From contig NC_135807.1 in the NCBI RefSeq assembly GCF_964213995.1, positions 66,340,001 through 66,404,000 of the forward strand: a stretch of 64,000 nucleotides of DNA, in the 5' to 3' direction. How positions within the stretch are numbered: position 1 is the stretch's first letter; every line of letters begins with the position of its first letter. The notes under the pieces are model-generated. The model saw only the letters and a list, made by a program, of their open reading frames with translations, made no database searches and was not told where the DNA came from. Positions 11,480-24,207 of this stretch are shown piece after piece. The DNA is from Mustelus asterias. Its lineage: Eukaryota. A program made the position numbers and the translations under genes.

Positions 11480-12430
11480 ATGGTGACGTAGCACACATTA
11501 CTGCTGCATCTCCAACGGCCTCTCAAGCATCCAAAACAGCAAAGTAATCACCCTCACATCATACAAGCTATCAACCCAGATACACTCACATCGGTGGGTC
11601 CTTGTGCGCAGTTAGAAAAAGGTGGCACTGGTGAGGAGCAAGTCACTAGTGAGCAGGAGGAGGTGAGAAAGGCAGAGGCAATGGTGGGCAGCCCCCTGGG
11701 AGGATGGAGGGCAGACATAGCCATGATCAGCTGGGCACAGCCGCAGAACTTTGGGAGTCAGAAACGACTCTACTTTGGCCAACAGTGTGGGATGTACACT
11801 CACATGTCAGTCTTCCCTATTACTGTGCGGGGTTGTGGGCTGAGAATGGAGAAGTCTATTCAGTTCATGTGCACCACAATGGCTCAGTTCTTTGAATGCA
11901 TGGGCTCCTCCATTGGGAGTGGCTAAGCTCATGAGGGCCATGTGTGGCAGCACTGAGCGAATACAGGGACAGCACACAGGCATGCACAGATGTATGAAAC
12001 ACTCTGGAGTTTGGACCAGTCAGTGGCGCTAATGGCACAAAGATGCATGGAGTGGATACAAGTTAGGTTCCAGCTGGTCATCCCCTTCAGCCATCCAGAG
12101 CACCATCAAAGGGCTGAGACAGTCAACAGAGAGGTTGAGAGTGCCACCCTTACCGCATGCCGTCATCATTCTCAACAGCCTCCTTGACCTCTCTGACTGG
12201 GGGACCATCTATGCAGCAGGGCACTATGATGGAGGCTGCCCATTATATTGCTGGTGCAGCAGACTCTGCATCTAATGGTCCCTTCACAAAGAGGACAATC
12301 GCCCTGGGGATTTCAGTCACAGGCAGAGCCAAGTAACCAGGCTGCTTCCACCACATCCCAGGCCACAAGAGTGGAGATCGCCTTGACAATCAGAACACTG
12401 AGTAGTTCACTGGGGTTTATTTCACTCGTT
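11480..12430 (+). mobile_element. Probable 3' part of a Harbinger Myb/SANT partner gene (decayed)
   Basis: GC-richer, coding-like decayed sequence (..DTLTSVGPC..) convergent with the adjacent transposase relic. Confidence 0.45.
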
Positions 12431-12779
12431 AAAGTGCACTTTGTAGTGTTTTGCAATCACTATAAATTCTGACACATGACCTGAGATGTGTTCTTTAATG
12501 GTAAACTGGAAAAGGAGTAGTGAAGGGAAGCAATGATATCTGAAGAAGGGCAGTGAGACAGCTGGACAGATGAGAATCATGTATTGGTGGTAAGAATGGC
12601 ACTGTTGAAGATTGTGTCTTCAATGGAAGTGTTCTCATGGGCAGATCAAAGCAAGTTCCAGAGCATGCAGATCTGCTGGGTGAAACGTACCTGGATCAGA
12701 CATTCTCTGGTATTCACGCCAATCTGATGAGAGCTTTGATGTCTGAGCCAGCCCCAGCCACCTCCCTGCACTGCCAAGA

Positions 12780-13620
12780 CACTGCTCTGCATCTTCCTCT
12801 GTCTCCACCTTCTACAATAAGCTGTCTCACTCTTCTCACCTTCCTCAAGGTCCACTCCCTCACTTAGCACCGTGTAGCTCACCACCACAATACAAGCAAC
12901 CCTTGCACTATAGGACACTACTGACCAGTCAGGCACCAGCACTGCATCTTCTGAAGTCTGGTGACTTGTTCAATGGTATCCCTCGTTAGCAGATGGCTTC
13001 AGTTGGTGCATCTCTATAGCTCTGTCTCAGGGTCACATAAAGGGGCAAGTAACCATCTCTTCTATCGATAGCCCTTATGCCCTAGAATCCAGTTGCAAAA
13101 CTTGGGTGGTGGCATGGAGATCTGCAGCCTGGATTGCTGGAAGATGAATTTGTCAGAGCAGTTGCCAGGGTAGTGACCACACACACGGAGGAAGCTCTTT
13201 TTGCAGTTAGAGACTGCATTGTGAGAGTGGAAACCATTCCTTTTGATGAATTTCACTACCTGGTCACTGGATGCCGTGCATCTGGGAAAATCAAGTGATG
13301 GTGACCTCTGTCCCCACAAAGCCACATCTGTTTGGAATTGAATGCACTGTGCCCTTTCACAAATAAGGCACTGGTGACCTGCGAGATGCAGTGATCTGCT
13401 GCCATTTTCAAGGTGCCACCAATGTCTGCTGCTGATCCTTGGAAGGCAGCAGAGGCCAAGATGTTCAAGGCTTTAATGACTTTGACAGCTACTGGCAGGA
13501 TATGGCAATCACCATGGTAAGGTGTGAAGCTCTCCACAATGAGGGTACAAATCTCACTGCACATCTGTATTGATAGGTACAATCTCTGGAGGCACTGATT
13601 GATCAGGTAGTTTCATGTTG
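12780..13620 (-). pseudogene. PIF/Harbinger DDE transposase relic (HARBI1-like family)
   Basis: Three frameshifted ORFs give LPVAVKVIKALNILASAAFQG..CISQVTSALF, FPRC..FIKRNGFHSHN..VCGHYPGNCSDKFIFQQS..WILGHKGY and YS..ARVACIVVV, all typical Harbinger transposase motifs. Confidence 0.9.
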
Positions 13621-13919
13621 GCAGCGCACTCCATTACTTCTTGTCCTTCCCCTCTGCCTTTCTTAGCAGAGCTCTTACTCTGCTGCTGAAGGATGTTGAT
13701 TTTCATTGTTATTCAACCACATTTTTGAGTATCTTAATCCCATTTTTAGCAGTGCTTTGCTTGCAATCAGCTGCACTTGCCGGAACCTTTCAATTCTTAT
13801 GACTCCCTGAAGTGCAGGAGGGTCACGGCCCGCTCAGCTGCCCGAGTACACACAGACCACTTGCTCTGCAAACTCTACTCACTCTTTAGCACCTGTTCCA
13901 ATGCCTGACTGGCCCTCTC

Positions 13920-14223
13920 AGCAATGGTGGAAGTGTCAATTACAAGGGGCACAGGTTCAAGGTGAGAGGGGGAAGGTTTAAAGGAGATGTGCGGGGTAAG
14001 TTTTTAACGCAGACAGACACGCTGCCAGAAGAGGTGGTAGAAGCAGGCACATTAGCAACATTTAAGAGGCATCTGGATGGGTACATGAATAGGGAGGGAA
14101 TAGAGGGATATGGACCAAGTAAGGGCAGAAGGTATTTTTTTACTTTAGTTGGGGCATCATCATTGGCACAGGCTTGAAGGGCCGAAGGGTCTGTTCCTAT
14201 GCTGTACTTTTCTTTGTTCTTTG
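13920..14223 (+). mobile_element. CR1 LINE 3' fragment
   Basis: RGHRFKVRGGRFKGDVRGKF..LPEEVVEAGTLATFKRHLD and tail GGGCCGAAGGGTCTGTTCCTATGCTGTAC(TTCTTTG)n. Confidence 0.9.
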
Positions 14224-14229
14224 TATCAG

Positions 14230-14586
14230 AGTGAAAACTATCCACTGGTTGGAGTCATACTAAAAGATGATGGTTATGGTTGTTAAAGGAAATCATCTCC
14301 ATCCTAGAGCATGTTGCACAAGTTCCTCAGGGTAGTGTCCCAGACTCAACCCATCTTCAGCTGCTTCATCAATAGCCTTCCCTCTATTGTAAAGTCAGAA
14401 GTGGGGATGTTCACTGATGACTGCACAACATTCAGTACCTTTCATGACTCCTCAGATACTGAAGCTGTCTGAGCTAATATGCACTAAGCCCTGGACAACA
14501 TTCTGCCTTGGGTTGATAAGCAATAAGTAATATTCGGCACCACACAATGGCCGGGCAATAACCATCTTCAACAAGAGAAAATCTAA
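14230..14586 (+). mobile_element. LINE-X RT fragment
   Basis: VPQGSV..MFTDDCT region, homologous to 42800-43120. Confidence 0.8.
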
Positions 14587-14589
14587 TGA

Positions 14590-14864
14590 GTGGCATAGTA
14601 GTTAGCACTGCTGCCTCACAGAACCAGGGACCTGGGTCCAATCCCCGACTTGGGTCACTGCCTGTGTGGAGTTTGCATGTTCTCCCCGTGTCTGTGTGGG
14701 TTTCCTCCAGGTGCTCCAATTTCCTCCCACAGTCTGAAAGTTGGTTAGGTGCATTGACCCGAACAGGCACCAGAGTATGGCGACTAGGGGAATTTCGCAG
14801 TAGCTTCATTGCAGTGCTAATGTAAGACTTACTTGTGATTAATAAATTAACTTTAACTTTAAAC
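14590..14864 (+). mobile_element. V-SINE with tail type B
   Basis: tRNA-like head, V-domain, then AACAGGCACCAGAGTATGGCGACTAGGGG..TACTTGTGATTAATAAA(ACTTTA)n. Confidence 0.9.
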
Positions 14865-15812
14865 TGGACCTTGTTTGTCTCTCTCGTGGACACTTTGAAT
14901 TGGATTCAATTGGATTTTCAATTTGGTTTTTGGAGCAAGCAAGGAATGGATTTGGGTGGTCCATTCTGAACATTAGCTTTGTAGCTTTAAGAATGGAGTA
15001 AAAGATTTAAGAAGAAAATTCCAAGTGAACCTAATGGACCTGACCTGAAGTGAGGATTTAATCGAGATATTCTTTCCAGCTTGCTACGTTCATTTTTGTC
15101 GTACACATTAGTGCACTGTTAACATACTTTTTATTTCTGTTCTCAAATATGATTACATATTTTTTGTAAACAGGGAAGATATATATCTGATTCTATTCCA
15201 TGCAGACCTCAAGCTTTTGCTCTTCTTCTCAGGCATAAAGTCATGTTTCTAATCTACTTATGTATTTGTATGTGTGCCTAGCAGGAGAACTAAAGAAAAG
15301 CTTTCTGTAAATCTAGATGCTGGATATTTTTCTTTCCCTTGTACTAATGTTTAGCAGAGGCCCTACTCAAAAAACATTTAATACTTGGAACAAACTGTGT
15401 TTTTGTTTTACTTTATATTCACAATTTGAAAAAAAGTATTTTGCATGGAGAATTGTCTGATAGACGGCTGCTAAAGTCAGTACGTTAGTCAAAGTAAGGC
15501 ATCTTCAGTTGGCCTAAGTTAATGAAGCAATAAAACTAGGTGGCTGATTGAGTGAAAGGAGTACTCAACAAAATGCTTTTGCTTTTGTTTACATGTTAAA
15601 GGTATTCATGGAAACAACAACAAATGTCTTTTGAGGCTTCAAATTGCGATAGCATCAGGTCGACTTGTTTTCAACAGATTAGTCACTGTTAACTCCATGT
15701 TTCATGCATATATTTAGTGTTAAAAATATTACAATCAGACACTAAATCAAGAAGATCTGATATTTGTTGATACCTTTCTTATTAAGTAGAATTTTAATCG
15801 ATGCACGTTTAT

Positions 15813-16750
15813 GGGGGCGATTCTCCCCCAAAAATTCTAAGCGTTGGATTTGCATAAAACCAGAGTAAATCCCACTGCTTTTTTCAGTAGGAGTTTCAAA
15901 ATTAATCTCCCACACTCTGTGCACTGCAGAGTACCTCAGCGTGAATCACCTGGAAAATCAGTGGATGGGGCCTATTCCCGCTGGAGAAGCTAGCAGCATA
16001 GCGCTGAGAGGGCCACTGTGCATACACCGATCTGTCAGTGCCATGATCGGCGCATGCGCATTGGCTCTGCACAGCCGGCCTCTCGATCGCTGGCCCTCCG
16101 ACCCCCCCAAAGGCCCAATTGCTGGGGGCCCCGAACATGCCCGAGCCAGCTTCCCCCCGCTACCCTGGTGCCCATCCCAGTCGCTGGCCTCCCTCCCTCT
16201 GTCACTCAACCCAAATGCAGAGTGGCAGTGGGTCCCCCAATCCCTACCATTCCTCCCCCCTGAGGCCCCGTCCCCTTGGCACTGCCCAATGCCCAGTGGG
16301 TAGTGCCAAGGTGTGATCAGGCATTGGGACTTTGCCCCTTGGGCAGTGTCAGGGGCCCAGGCTGACACTGCCAAGGTGGCAGTGCCCAGGGGACAACCCC
16401 CAGCGCTCAACCTTCTAGGGGGGCCTCAATTGCCCCCCCTTCATTCCAGCAGGGTTGGGCCACTAGTATACTAAACCCCGCTGGAGTGAACCACTCCTGG
16501 TGGTGGGGGAGAGGCTAGCGGGCCCTGGAAATTTCAGTCCGAGGCCCGCTAATAATATTAAAATTGTATGCAAATGAATATTTGCATAAATTATGCAGCT
16601 CTGCGCGATTTCTGGTGTGGAGCTGACGGTGCCGGAAGTCTGGCTGCTGGAGATGCGCAGAGGCCATTGCGCCCACGAAATAGCCTCCGCTCGAGTCTCC
16701 TGGCTCCCTGTGCTACAAAAGCAGTGCAGCGGACTGGGAGAATCGCCCCC
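15813..16750. mobile_element. 938-bp non-autonomous TIR element (Harbinger-like)
   Basis: Perfect 15-bp TIR GGGGGCGATTCTCCC at 15813-15827 and 16736-16750, with a GC-rich non-coding interior. Confidence 0.9.
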
Positions 16751-18561
16751 ATGGTTTCAACAGAATTGTTCAGTAAACAGATCAGGCATCGTTCAAGGTT
16801 CTTTCTTTCAACGAACATTATGCTCGGTGGGAAATATTGATGCTTCAGAAATAACATCATGATTCCTTTCACAGACACTTCTGGACTCAGGAGAAGGGGG
16901 ATAAAAAAGAAACTAAAATAAATCTGTTACCTACCTGTTATTAGTATTAGCAGGGAATTCTAGAAGTTGGTTGTACTCCATCATCTTAGCTGGTCAGTAA
17001 TATATAATGCCAGGAAGCCTAAAAGAGTGAAGAGATAAATTCAAATTGAGATGAGATTTTTCCACACTTTTACGAATTCTTGTTCATTTGTGGCCTGAAA
17101 GAAATCAAAAGCATCGTTAGCAGCCTTTGTTATGTAAATGCAGGGATACAAAAAATACTTTTGACCTATCTGAGTAGGAAAGAGTTAAATGACTAACCTT
17201 TCGTTCAAAATTTTAATACCAAGAAATGTGACTTCATATTGGAGGTGACTTGATTGGAGCCGAAGGAAAAGATTACTATACTTGATTTAAAACTTTAAAT
17301 ACATGCAGTGGCAATGAATGGCCAACATTCTCTAATGTGTTTCCTTTGGTAGTAGAGGCAGATTAAACGAAGCACACTTTGATCTTGTTGTATGAAGCAA
17401 AACATTTCAGCGCCTGCTTTGATTAATATACCTCATGATGTTTTTAATTAAATTACCCTTGTGACATTTATTAAAAATTGTACAATTATTGAACTACTGG
17501 TACACATTAATTTGCTGTACAATGTCAATGTCAGCATGTTCACACATGAACACATTACACATCTTTTGAAAAACAGACATAACAAATGCTCTTGGAGTAA
17601 AACATTTATTGAAGATAAATGAGTCAGGTTTCTAAACATTTCCACAGCAATACGCAGGCTTGGTGTATCAAAGATTTAATGAAAAATATTTCTTTGTATA
17701 ATTTTTAAATATTTTAGTGTGGTGTCAGAGGTTATTACAAAGTTAAGAAATGTTAGTAATCATTTAGTTTAAGGGACATAAAAAGTTGGCAATACTATAA
17801 TAGGAATATTTTTTCAATGTTAAACCTGCCAACTTTTCAAAGTTGGCAAAGTGTAATATTTGAAAAAAAAACAACATATTAATCCAAATAATGCATAGAA
17901 TGGCAAACTATGGAGCATAGATAGCAATTACCATTACTTACAGTCGCAGAAAATGGCCCAGAAATTCCTAGAGACTTGCACACCTCCAATGTTGCTAAGT
18001 CCCAGAAAAAATATAGCTTAAGTGAGTTACACTATTATTAATGTAGATACCATAATTTTCCAGCCCCTTTATGCAATTTTGTCAGTATCTTTGGAAACAG
18101 CACACAAAATTATTTATCATAGCTTCCCCCCCCCGCCCCCCTCTCCCCGACTCTAATAGTGATAACTAATTTGCAGGATTTACCTCAGTATTCTGGCTCC
18201 AACCACTATAGACTGAAATATAATGGCACAGATGGATGTACTTAAATTCATCAGTGCAAAACAACTGATTAAAGTCAAATAAAATATTGACTCTTGAAGT
18301 TCAATTAGTAGCTGGAAACTAACAAAACAATAGTATGTCGTATTTAGTGCATATTGTAAATACGGTGTAGGTCCTTTCAGTGCCTATGCATCCAATTGAT
18401 GAAAGTGGGACGAAATTGGTTTGTCCTGTGCCCAAGTCCAAAATGGTTAGCGTGCTCATATAACTCACCATGAGGTCGAGGCCCAAGGCTTGTTCAAAGT
18501 TAGGCGTCCTTTGTTTAATCATGGATGCTTTAGGTACCCTTCCTTCTACACCGTTCTTTCT

Positions 18562-19885
18562 TCAACAGCAACATGCAGTTATATTGCATGAGCATAATAA
18601 AACATCTCAAGGTGCTTCACAAGGCCATTACAAAGCAAGATATGATACCGAGCCACATAAGGAGATATCAGATGACTAAAAGCTTGGTCAAAGAGGCAGA
18701 TTTTAAGGAGTGGCTTGAAGGAGGTAAGTGAGGTAGAGTAGCAGAGAGGTATAGAGAGGGAATTCTAGGGCTTAGGACCAGGTAGATAAAGACACCATCA
18801 CCAATGGTGCAGCAATTTAAATCGAGGATGCGCAAAAGGCCAGAGTTGACAGATCACAGAGATCTTGGAGGGTTGTGGGGCTGGTAGGGAGGGGAAAGGA
18901 AAGATATATAAACATGGATGAGTATATAACAATCAACATGTTGATTACCTGGGAGCCAATGTAGGTTAGTGAGCACAGATGTGAAAGATGAATGGGACTT
19001 GGTTCTAGTAAGGGCACAGACAGCAGATTTTTTGATGATGACAAGCTTACAGGAGGCTGTTAAAAAGTGCAATGGAATAGTCAAGTGTCAATGAACAAAG
19101 GCATGGATATGGATTTCAGCAGTGATGCAGCGAGGTGCAGATGTGGAAGATATTACAGAGGTAGAAATAGGCAGTCTTAATGGTGGAACTGGTACAGTAT
19201 ATGATCAGAAGTTCATCTCAGGGTTATATATTTTACCAAAGTTGCGAACAGTTTGCTTTGGCCTCAGACAGTTGCCAAGAGTAATGGATTTAGTGGTTAG
19301 GGAGCGGAATTTGTGGTGGGGGAGACAATGGCTTTGGTTTTCTCAATATTTAATTGAAGGACATTTCTGTAGATCCAATACTGGATTTAGGATAAACGTT
19401 TCCAATTTTGAGATAATGGAGGGGCTGGAGGAGGTGGCAGCAAGGTAGACTTGGATATTGTCAGCGTTGTTGAAACTGATGTGTTTTCGACTGATGTTGC
19501 TGAGGGGCAGCATGTAGTTGAGAATTAGGAGGGACCAAACATAGATCCTTGGGGTACACAAGAGGTAATTGCAGTTCAAGAAAGAAAAGCCACTGTGGGT
19601 GATTCTCTGGCTATGATTAGATAGATAAGAATGGAACCAGTTGAGAGCAGTCCCACCCAAATGAATGACAGTGGAGAGACATTGGAGGAGGATCATATGA
19701 TCAGCCATGTCAAAAGCTGCTGATATGTTGACGGGGGACGGTTTACCTCTGTCACATTTACATAGGACATCATCTGTTACTTTGATAAGAGCTATTTTGG
19801 CATGGTAAAGGCAATCACCCTGATTGGAGGGATTCAAACATGGAGTCCCAGGAAAGATGGGCATAGTTTTGGTAGGTGACAATTT
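18562..19885 (-). mobile_element. Degraded L2-clade LINE
   Basis: ORF 19343-19888 (IALIKVTDDVL..ISAAFDMADHMILLQCL..GGTALNWFHSYLSN), ORF 18854 (VLTNLHWLP) and an L2 tail. Confidence 0.9.
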
Positions 19886-20727
19886 CACTTTAATGCTTTT
19901 TTAAAATCTCTATTTCCCTGATCTACCTTCACAAACTTCTTTCAAACCAGGTGTCCTGCTAAAAATTGCAGTAGGAGAGCTTAATCTGAGAACCCAGCTT
20001 TCCTGCACATCCTTCAGTTGCGTTATAAAAATCTTTGCTCTGAGCTTCCTTGAGAGTTCTCCTCATAAAATACCGTAACTTCATTAGAAAACTCTGTTTA
20101 CATGTGTAAATTAGCTACACTGAAGCTAAAGTGGGAGACAGTTGGGAAAAGACTGAAGGAAATTCACTTCTCTTATTGCTCCGAAGCATCCAAATAAATT
20201 CTTCCAAGTTTTTATGCTTCTGGCAAGTCGAACCAACAGTTAGTACATCTTATCCTTGATCCATCTTTGTCCTTCATTTGTCACCATTGTTGGCCAAACC
20301 ATCTCGTTGAACCACACTGCTGAAGAAATTAAGGGTTTGGCTTTCCACATGCATTGCCCAATCTCCTATTAGAATTATTTACAGCATTTCTCTGAAGTTT
20401 ATGCCAACATTACGGTAGGAGATCAGAAGAACTTCTGCAGAAATTACTGTTGTTGTTGTTTTTCATCCATCTCAATGATTTCTTCTCCTTGTGGTTGTTC
20501 TCAAAGTCTCTAAAGCCCAGTCTGTCCAAGACTGAAATGTTGAAATCATAGCTGGCGTGACTTTTTGGCAACTCCCTTACACTCTTGATTGGTGTACCTC
20601 TGAACTTTTATTTCCTGTTATGTCCAAAATATGCCACCTTCCATGTACATTTCTCTCTCTCTACCTCCTCACTGCATTGAAATCAAGATCTGTCGCACAA
20701 TTTCATTGTTTGTTTATGATCTTAAAT

Positions 20728-21080
20728 TGTTTTTTTATTAATTCATGGGACGTGGGCGTTGCTGGCTGGCCAGCATTTATTGCCCATCCCTGGTTGCCCT
20801 TGTTTAGAAGGCAGTCTGAGAGTCAACCACATTGCTGTGGCTCTGGAGTCACATGTAGGCCAGACTAGGTAAGGATGGAAGATGTCCTTCTCTAAAGAAC
20901 ATTAGTGAACCAGATGGGTTTTTTCCAACAATCGGCAATGGTTTCATGGTCATCAGTAGATGCTTAATTCTAGATTTTTTTTGTTGAATCTGCCATGGTG
21001 GGATTCGAATCCTGGGTCCCCAGAACATTCGCTGAGATTCTGGATTACTAGTCCAGCTATAATACCACTAAGCCATCACC
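20728..21080 (-). mobile_element. tRNA-headed SINE, family B (near full length)
   Basis: Minus strand has an A box (TGGCTTAGTGG), a B box (GGATTCGAATCC), the body and the tail GGGCAACCAGGGATGGGCAATAAATGCTGGCC..poly(A). Confidence 0.85.
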
Positions 21081-21141
21081 TATTTTTTACCTTCCTGTGT
21101 CTTTCCTCCCTTTCAGAACTTTTGGCTTTTAAACATTTGAA

Positions 21142-21822
21142 GGTGGCACGATGGCACAGTGGTTAGCACTGCTGCCTCACAGTGCCAAGGTCCCAGGTTC
21201 AATTCCAGCCTTGGCTCACTGCCTATGGGGTGAGCCAAGGGCGGCACGGTAGCACAGTGGTTAGCACTGCTGCTTCACAGCTCCAGGGTCCTGGGTTCGA
21301 TTCCCGGCTTGGGTCACTGTCTGTGTGGAGTTTGCACATTCTCCTCGTGTCTGCGTGGGTTTCCTCCAGGTGCTCTGGTTTCCTCCCACAGTCCAAAGAT
21401 GTGCGGGTTAGGTTGATTGGCCAGGGTAAAAATTGCCCCTTAGAGTCCTGGGATGCATAGGTTAGGGGGATTAGCGGGTAAATATGTGGGGGTAGGGCCT
21501 GGGTGGGATTGTGGTCGGTGCAGACTCGATGGGCCGAATGGCCTCCTTCTGCACTGTAGGGTTTCTATGTCTCTATGTTTCTATGTGGAGTTTACATATT
21601 CTCCCCATGTCTGCATGGATTTCCTCCAGGTGTTCCGGTTTCCTCCCACAGTCCAAAGATGTGCGGGTTAGGTTGATTGGCCGTGCTAAATTTCCCCTTA
21701 GTACCAGGGGGAACTAGCAGGATAAATAAGTGGAGTTACGGGGAGAGGGCCTGGGTGGGACTGTGGTTGGTGTAGACTCGATTGACCAGATGGCCTCCTT
21801 CTGCACTGTAAGGATTTTATGA
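21142..21822 (+). mobile_element. Two nested HE1 V-SINEs (inner ~21239-21584)
   Basis: The outer head at 21142-21226 resumes at ~21585 (TGGAGTTTAC..). The inner copy is complete, with a (TTTCTATG)-type tail. Confidence 0.92.
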
Positions 21823-22574
21823 AACACAAACTTGGGGTGAAATGTTTATCATCTCTTGATTTACTTCACATTTACTCTTTTTAATGTTGGTGGAGCTCTG
21901 CATCAGAGAAATGGCCCTCAGCTTAGTTTCTCAGTTTAATAAAGGCATATTTATCACATGTGCCATTTTGTATTTTCATTAAAACATTTATCAGATTTAG
22001 AAGTTGCCCCCAAAACTGACGAGATCAGAGTTTGATCTAAAATCGATAAAACATCCTTGGATGCAGATGATATACAATGACCATATTTATTTCAGACCCG
22101 GAAAACTTGGTTAAACATTTGGGAGAGTATTGGGATATCATATCAATTGGATGTCGTTCAAGGTTATTCTTTTGTCTAAAACTTACATACCCAGGGGCTG
22201 GAGGAAGCTGTGCTACGCTGGTTTGAAAGAGGCATAACTTACCTCACTGATTATTGTCAGATAAATATGTTGTTTGGGGCCGTTTTTAAATTACAGGCTC
22301 AAATAATGATTTCCATCAATTCAATCCCCTATCTTGTCATTCTTGTCTACAGCAAGTTAATATAGCTGAAACACTGTGGCAGTGAAATTGTGACATTTGA
22401 CTTCAAGCTGAAAATCAACAAAGATTGAGTAATTACAACTTGGGTGATATATCACCTTTGCAACCTTCATGCAGCTAAGAAAAAAAGCAATAGGTGGAAT
22501 TTTCTCATTTCTTTGCAGAGTAGCACAGCGGGTGGAAAACAGGGATGGAAGCTGCTGACACCAATGTTGGCTTC

Positions 22575-24164
22575 CTTAAAGAAAGAGATTGTGCTGGAAT
22601 CTTTGAATGGCATCAAGATAGATAAGTCACCGGGTCCAGATAGGATGTACCCCAGGTTACAGTGGGAGGCGAGGGAAGAGATTGCAGAGCCTCTGGTGAT
22701 GATCTTTGTGTCGTCGATGGAGACGGGAGAGGTGCCGGAGGATTGGAGGATTGCGGATGTGGTTCCTATTTTCAAGAAGGGGAATAGGGATAGCCCAGGA
22801 AATTACCGACCGGTGAGTCTAACCTCAGTGGTTGGTAAGCTGATGGAGAAGATCCTGAGGGACAGGATTTATGAGCATTTAGAGAGGTTTAGTATGCTCA
22901 AGAATACTCAGCACGGCTTTGTCAAAGGCAGATTGTGCCTTACAAGCCTGGTGGAGTTCTTCGAAAATGTGACTAAACACATTGATGAAGGGAAAGCGGT
23001 AGATGTGGTTTATATGGATTTTAGCAAGGCTTTCGATAAGGTCCCCCATGCAAGGCTTCTAGAAAAAGTGAGAGGGCATGGGATCCAAGGGGCTGCTGCC
23101 CTGTGGATCCAGAACTGGCTTGCCCAAAGGAGGCAGAGATGGGTCTTTTTCGAAATGGAGGTCGGTCACCAGTGGTGTGCCCCAGGGATCCGTTCTGGGA
23201 CCTTTGCTGAGTGTCATTTTCATAAATGACCTGGATGAGGAAGTGGAGGGACGGGATGGTAGGTTTGCCGACGACACGAAGGTTGGTGGGGTTGTGGATA
23301 GTCTGGAGGGATGTCAGAAGTTACAGAGGGACATAGATAGGATGCAAGACTGGGTGGAGAAGTGGCAGATGGACTTCAACCCAGATAAATGCGTAGTGGT
23401 CCATTTTGACAGGTCAAATGGGATGAAGGAGTACAATATAAAGGGAAAGACTCTTAGTACTGTAGAGGATCAGAAGGACCTTGGGGTCCGGGTCCATAGG
23501 ACTCTAAAATCGACCCCGCAGGTGGAGGAGGTGGTTAAGAAGGCGTATGGTGTGCTGGCCTTTATCAATCAAGGGATTGAGTTTAGGAGTCTGAGGATAA
23601 TGATGCAGCTATATAAGACCCTCGTCAGACCCCACTTGGAGTACTGTGCTCAGTTCTGGTCACCTCATTACAGGAAGGATGTGGAAATGATTGAAGGGGT
23701 GCAGAGGAGATTTACAAGAATGTTGTCTGGATTGAGTGGCATGCCTTATGAGGATAGGCTGAGGGAGCTCGGTCTTTTCTCCTTGGAGAGACGTAGGATG
23801 AGAGGAGGCCTAATAGAGGTATATAAAATGTTGAGAGGCATAGATTGGGTGGACTCTCAGAGGCTTTTTCCCAGGGTGGAAATGGCTGCTATGAGAGGAC
23901 ACAGGTTTAAGGTGCTGGGGGGTAGGTACAGGGGAAATGTTCAGGGGAAGGTTTTCACACAGAGGGTGGTGGGCGAGTGGAATCGGCTGCCGTCAGTGGT
24001 GGTGGAGGCAAACTCAATAGGGTCTTTTAAGAGACTCCTGGATGAGTACATGGGACTTAATAGGATGGAGGGTTATAGGTAGGCCTAAAAGGTAGGGATA
24101 TGTTCGGCACAAATTGTGGGGCCGAAGGGCCTGTTTGTGCTGTAGTTTTTCTATGTTTCTATGT
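22575..24164 (+). mobile_element. Young CR1 LINE, 5'-truncated (RT domain, one frameshift)
   Basis: ORFs 22444-23229 and 23078-24082 ([47 protein letters not shown]), a (TTTCTATG)n tail and TTCCT at both flanks. Confidence 0.97.
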
Positions 24165-24207
24165 TTCCTCTGCCATATATTTGGCTATCTGGGCAGTAGA
24201 AAGTTAT

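Noticed and set aside
15902-16878. Multiple overlapping ORFs in GC-rich DNA (also 24272-24713 and 56347-57033)
   Set aside because: They lie inside non-autonomous TIR elements, where stop-poor GC-rich sequence gives spurious ORFs.
21142-21310. tRNA-like sequences as tRNA genes
   Set aside because: They are SINE heads, continuous with V-domain bodies and LINE-derived tails.
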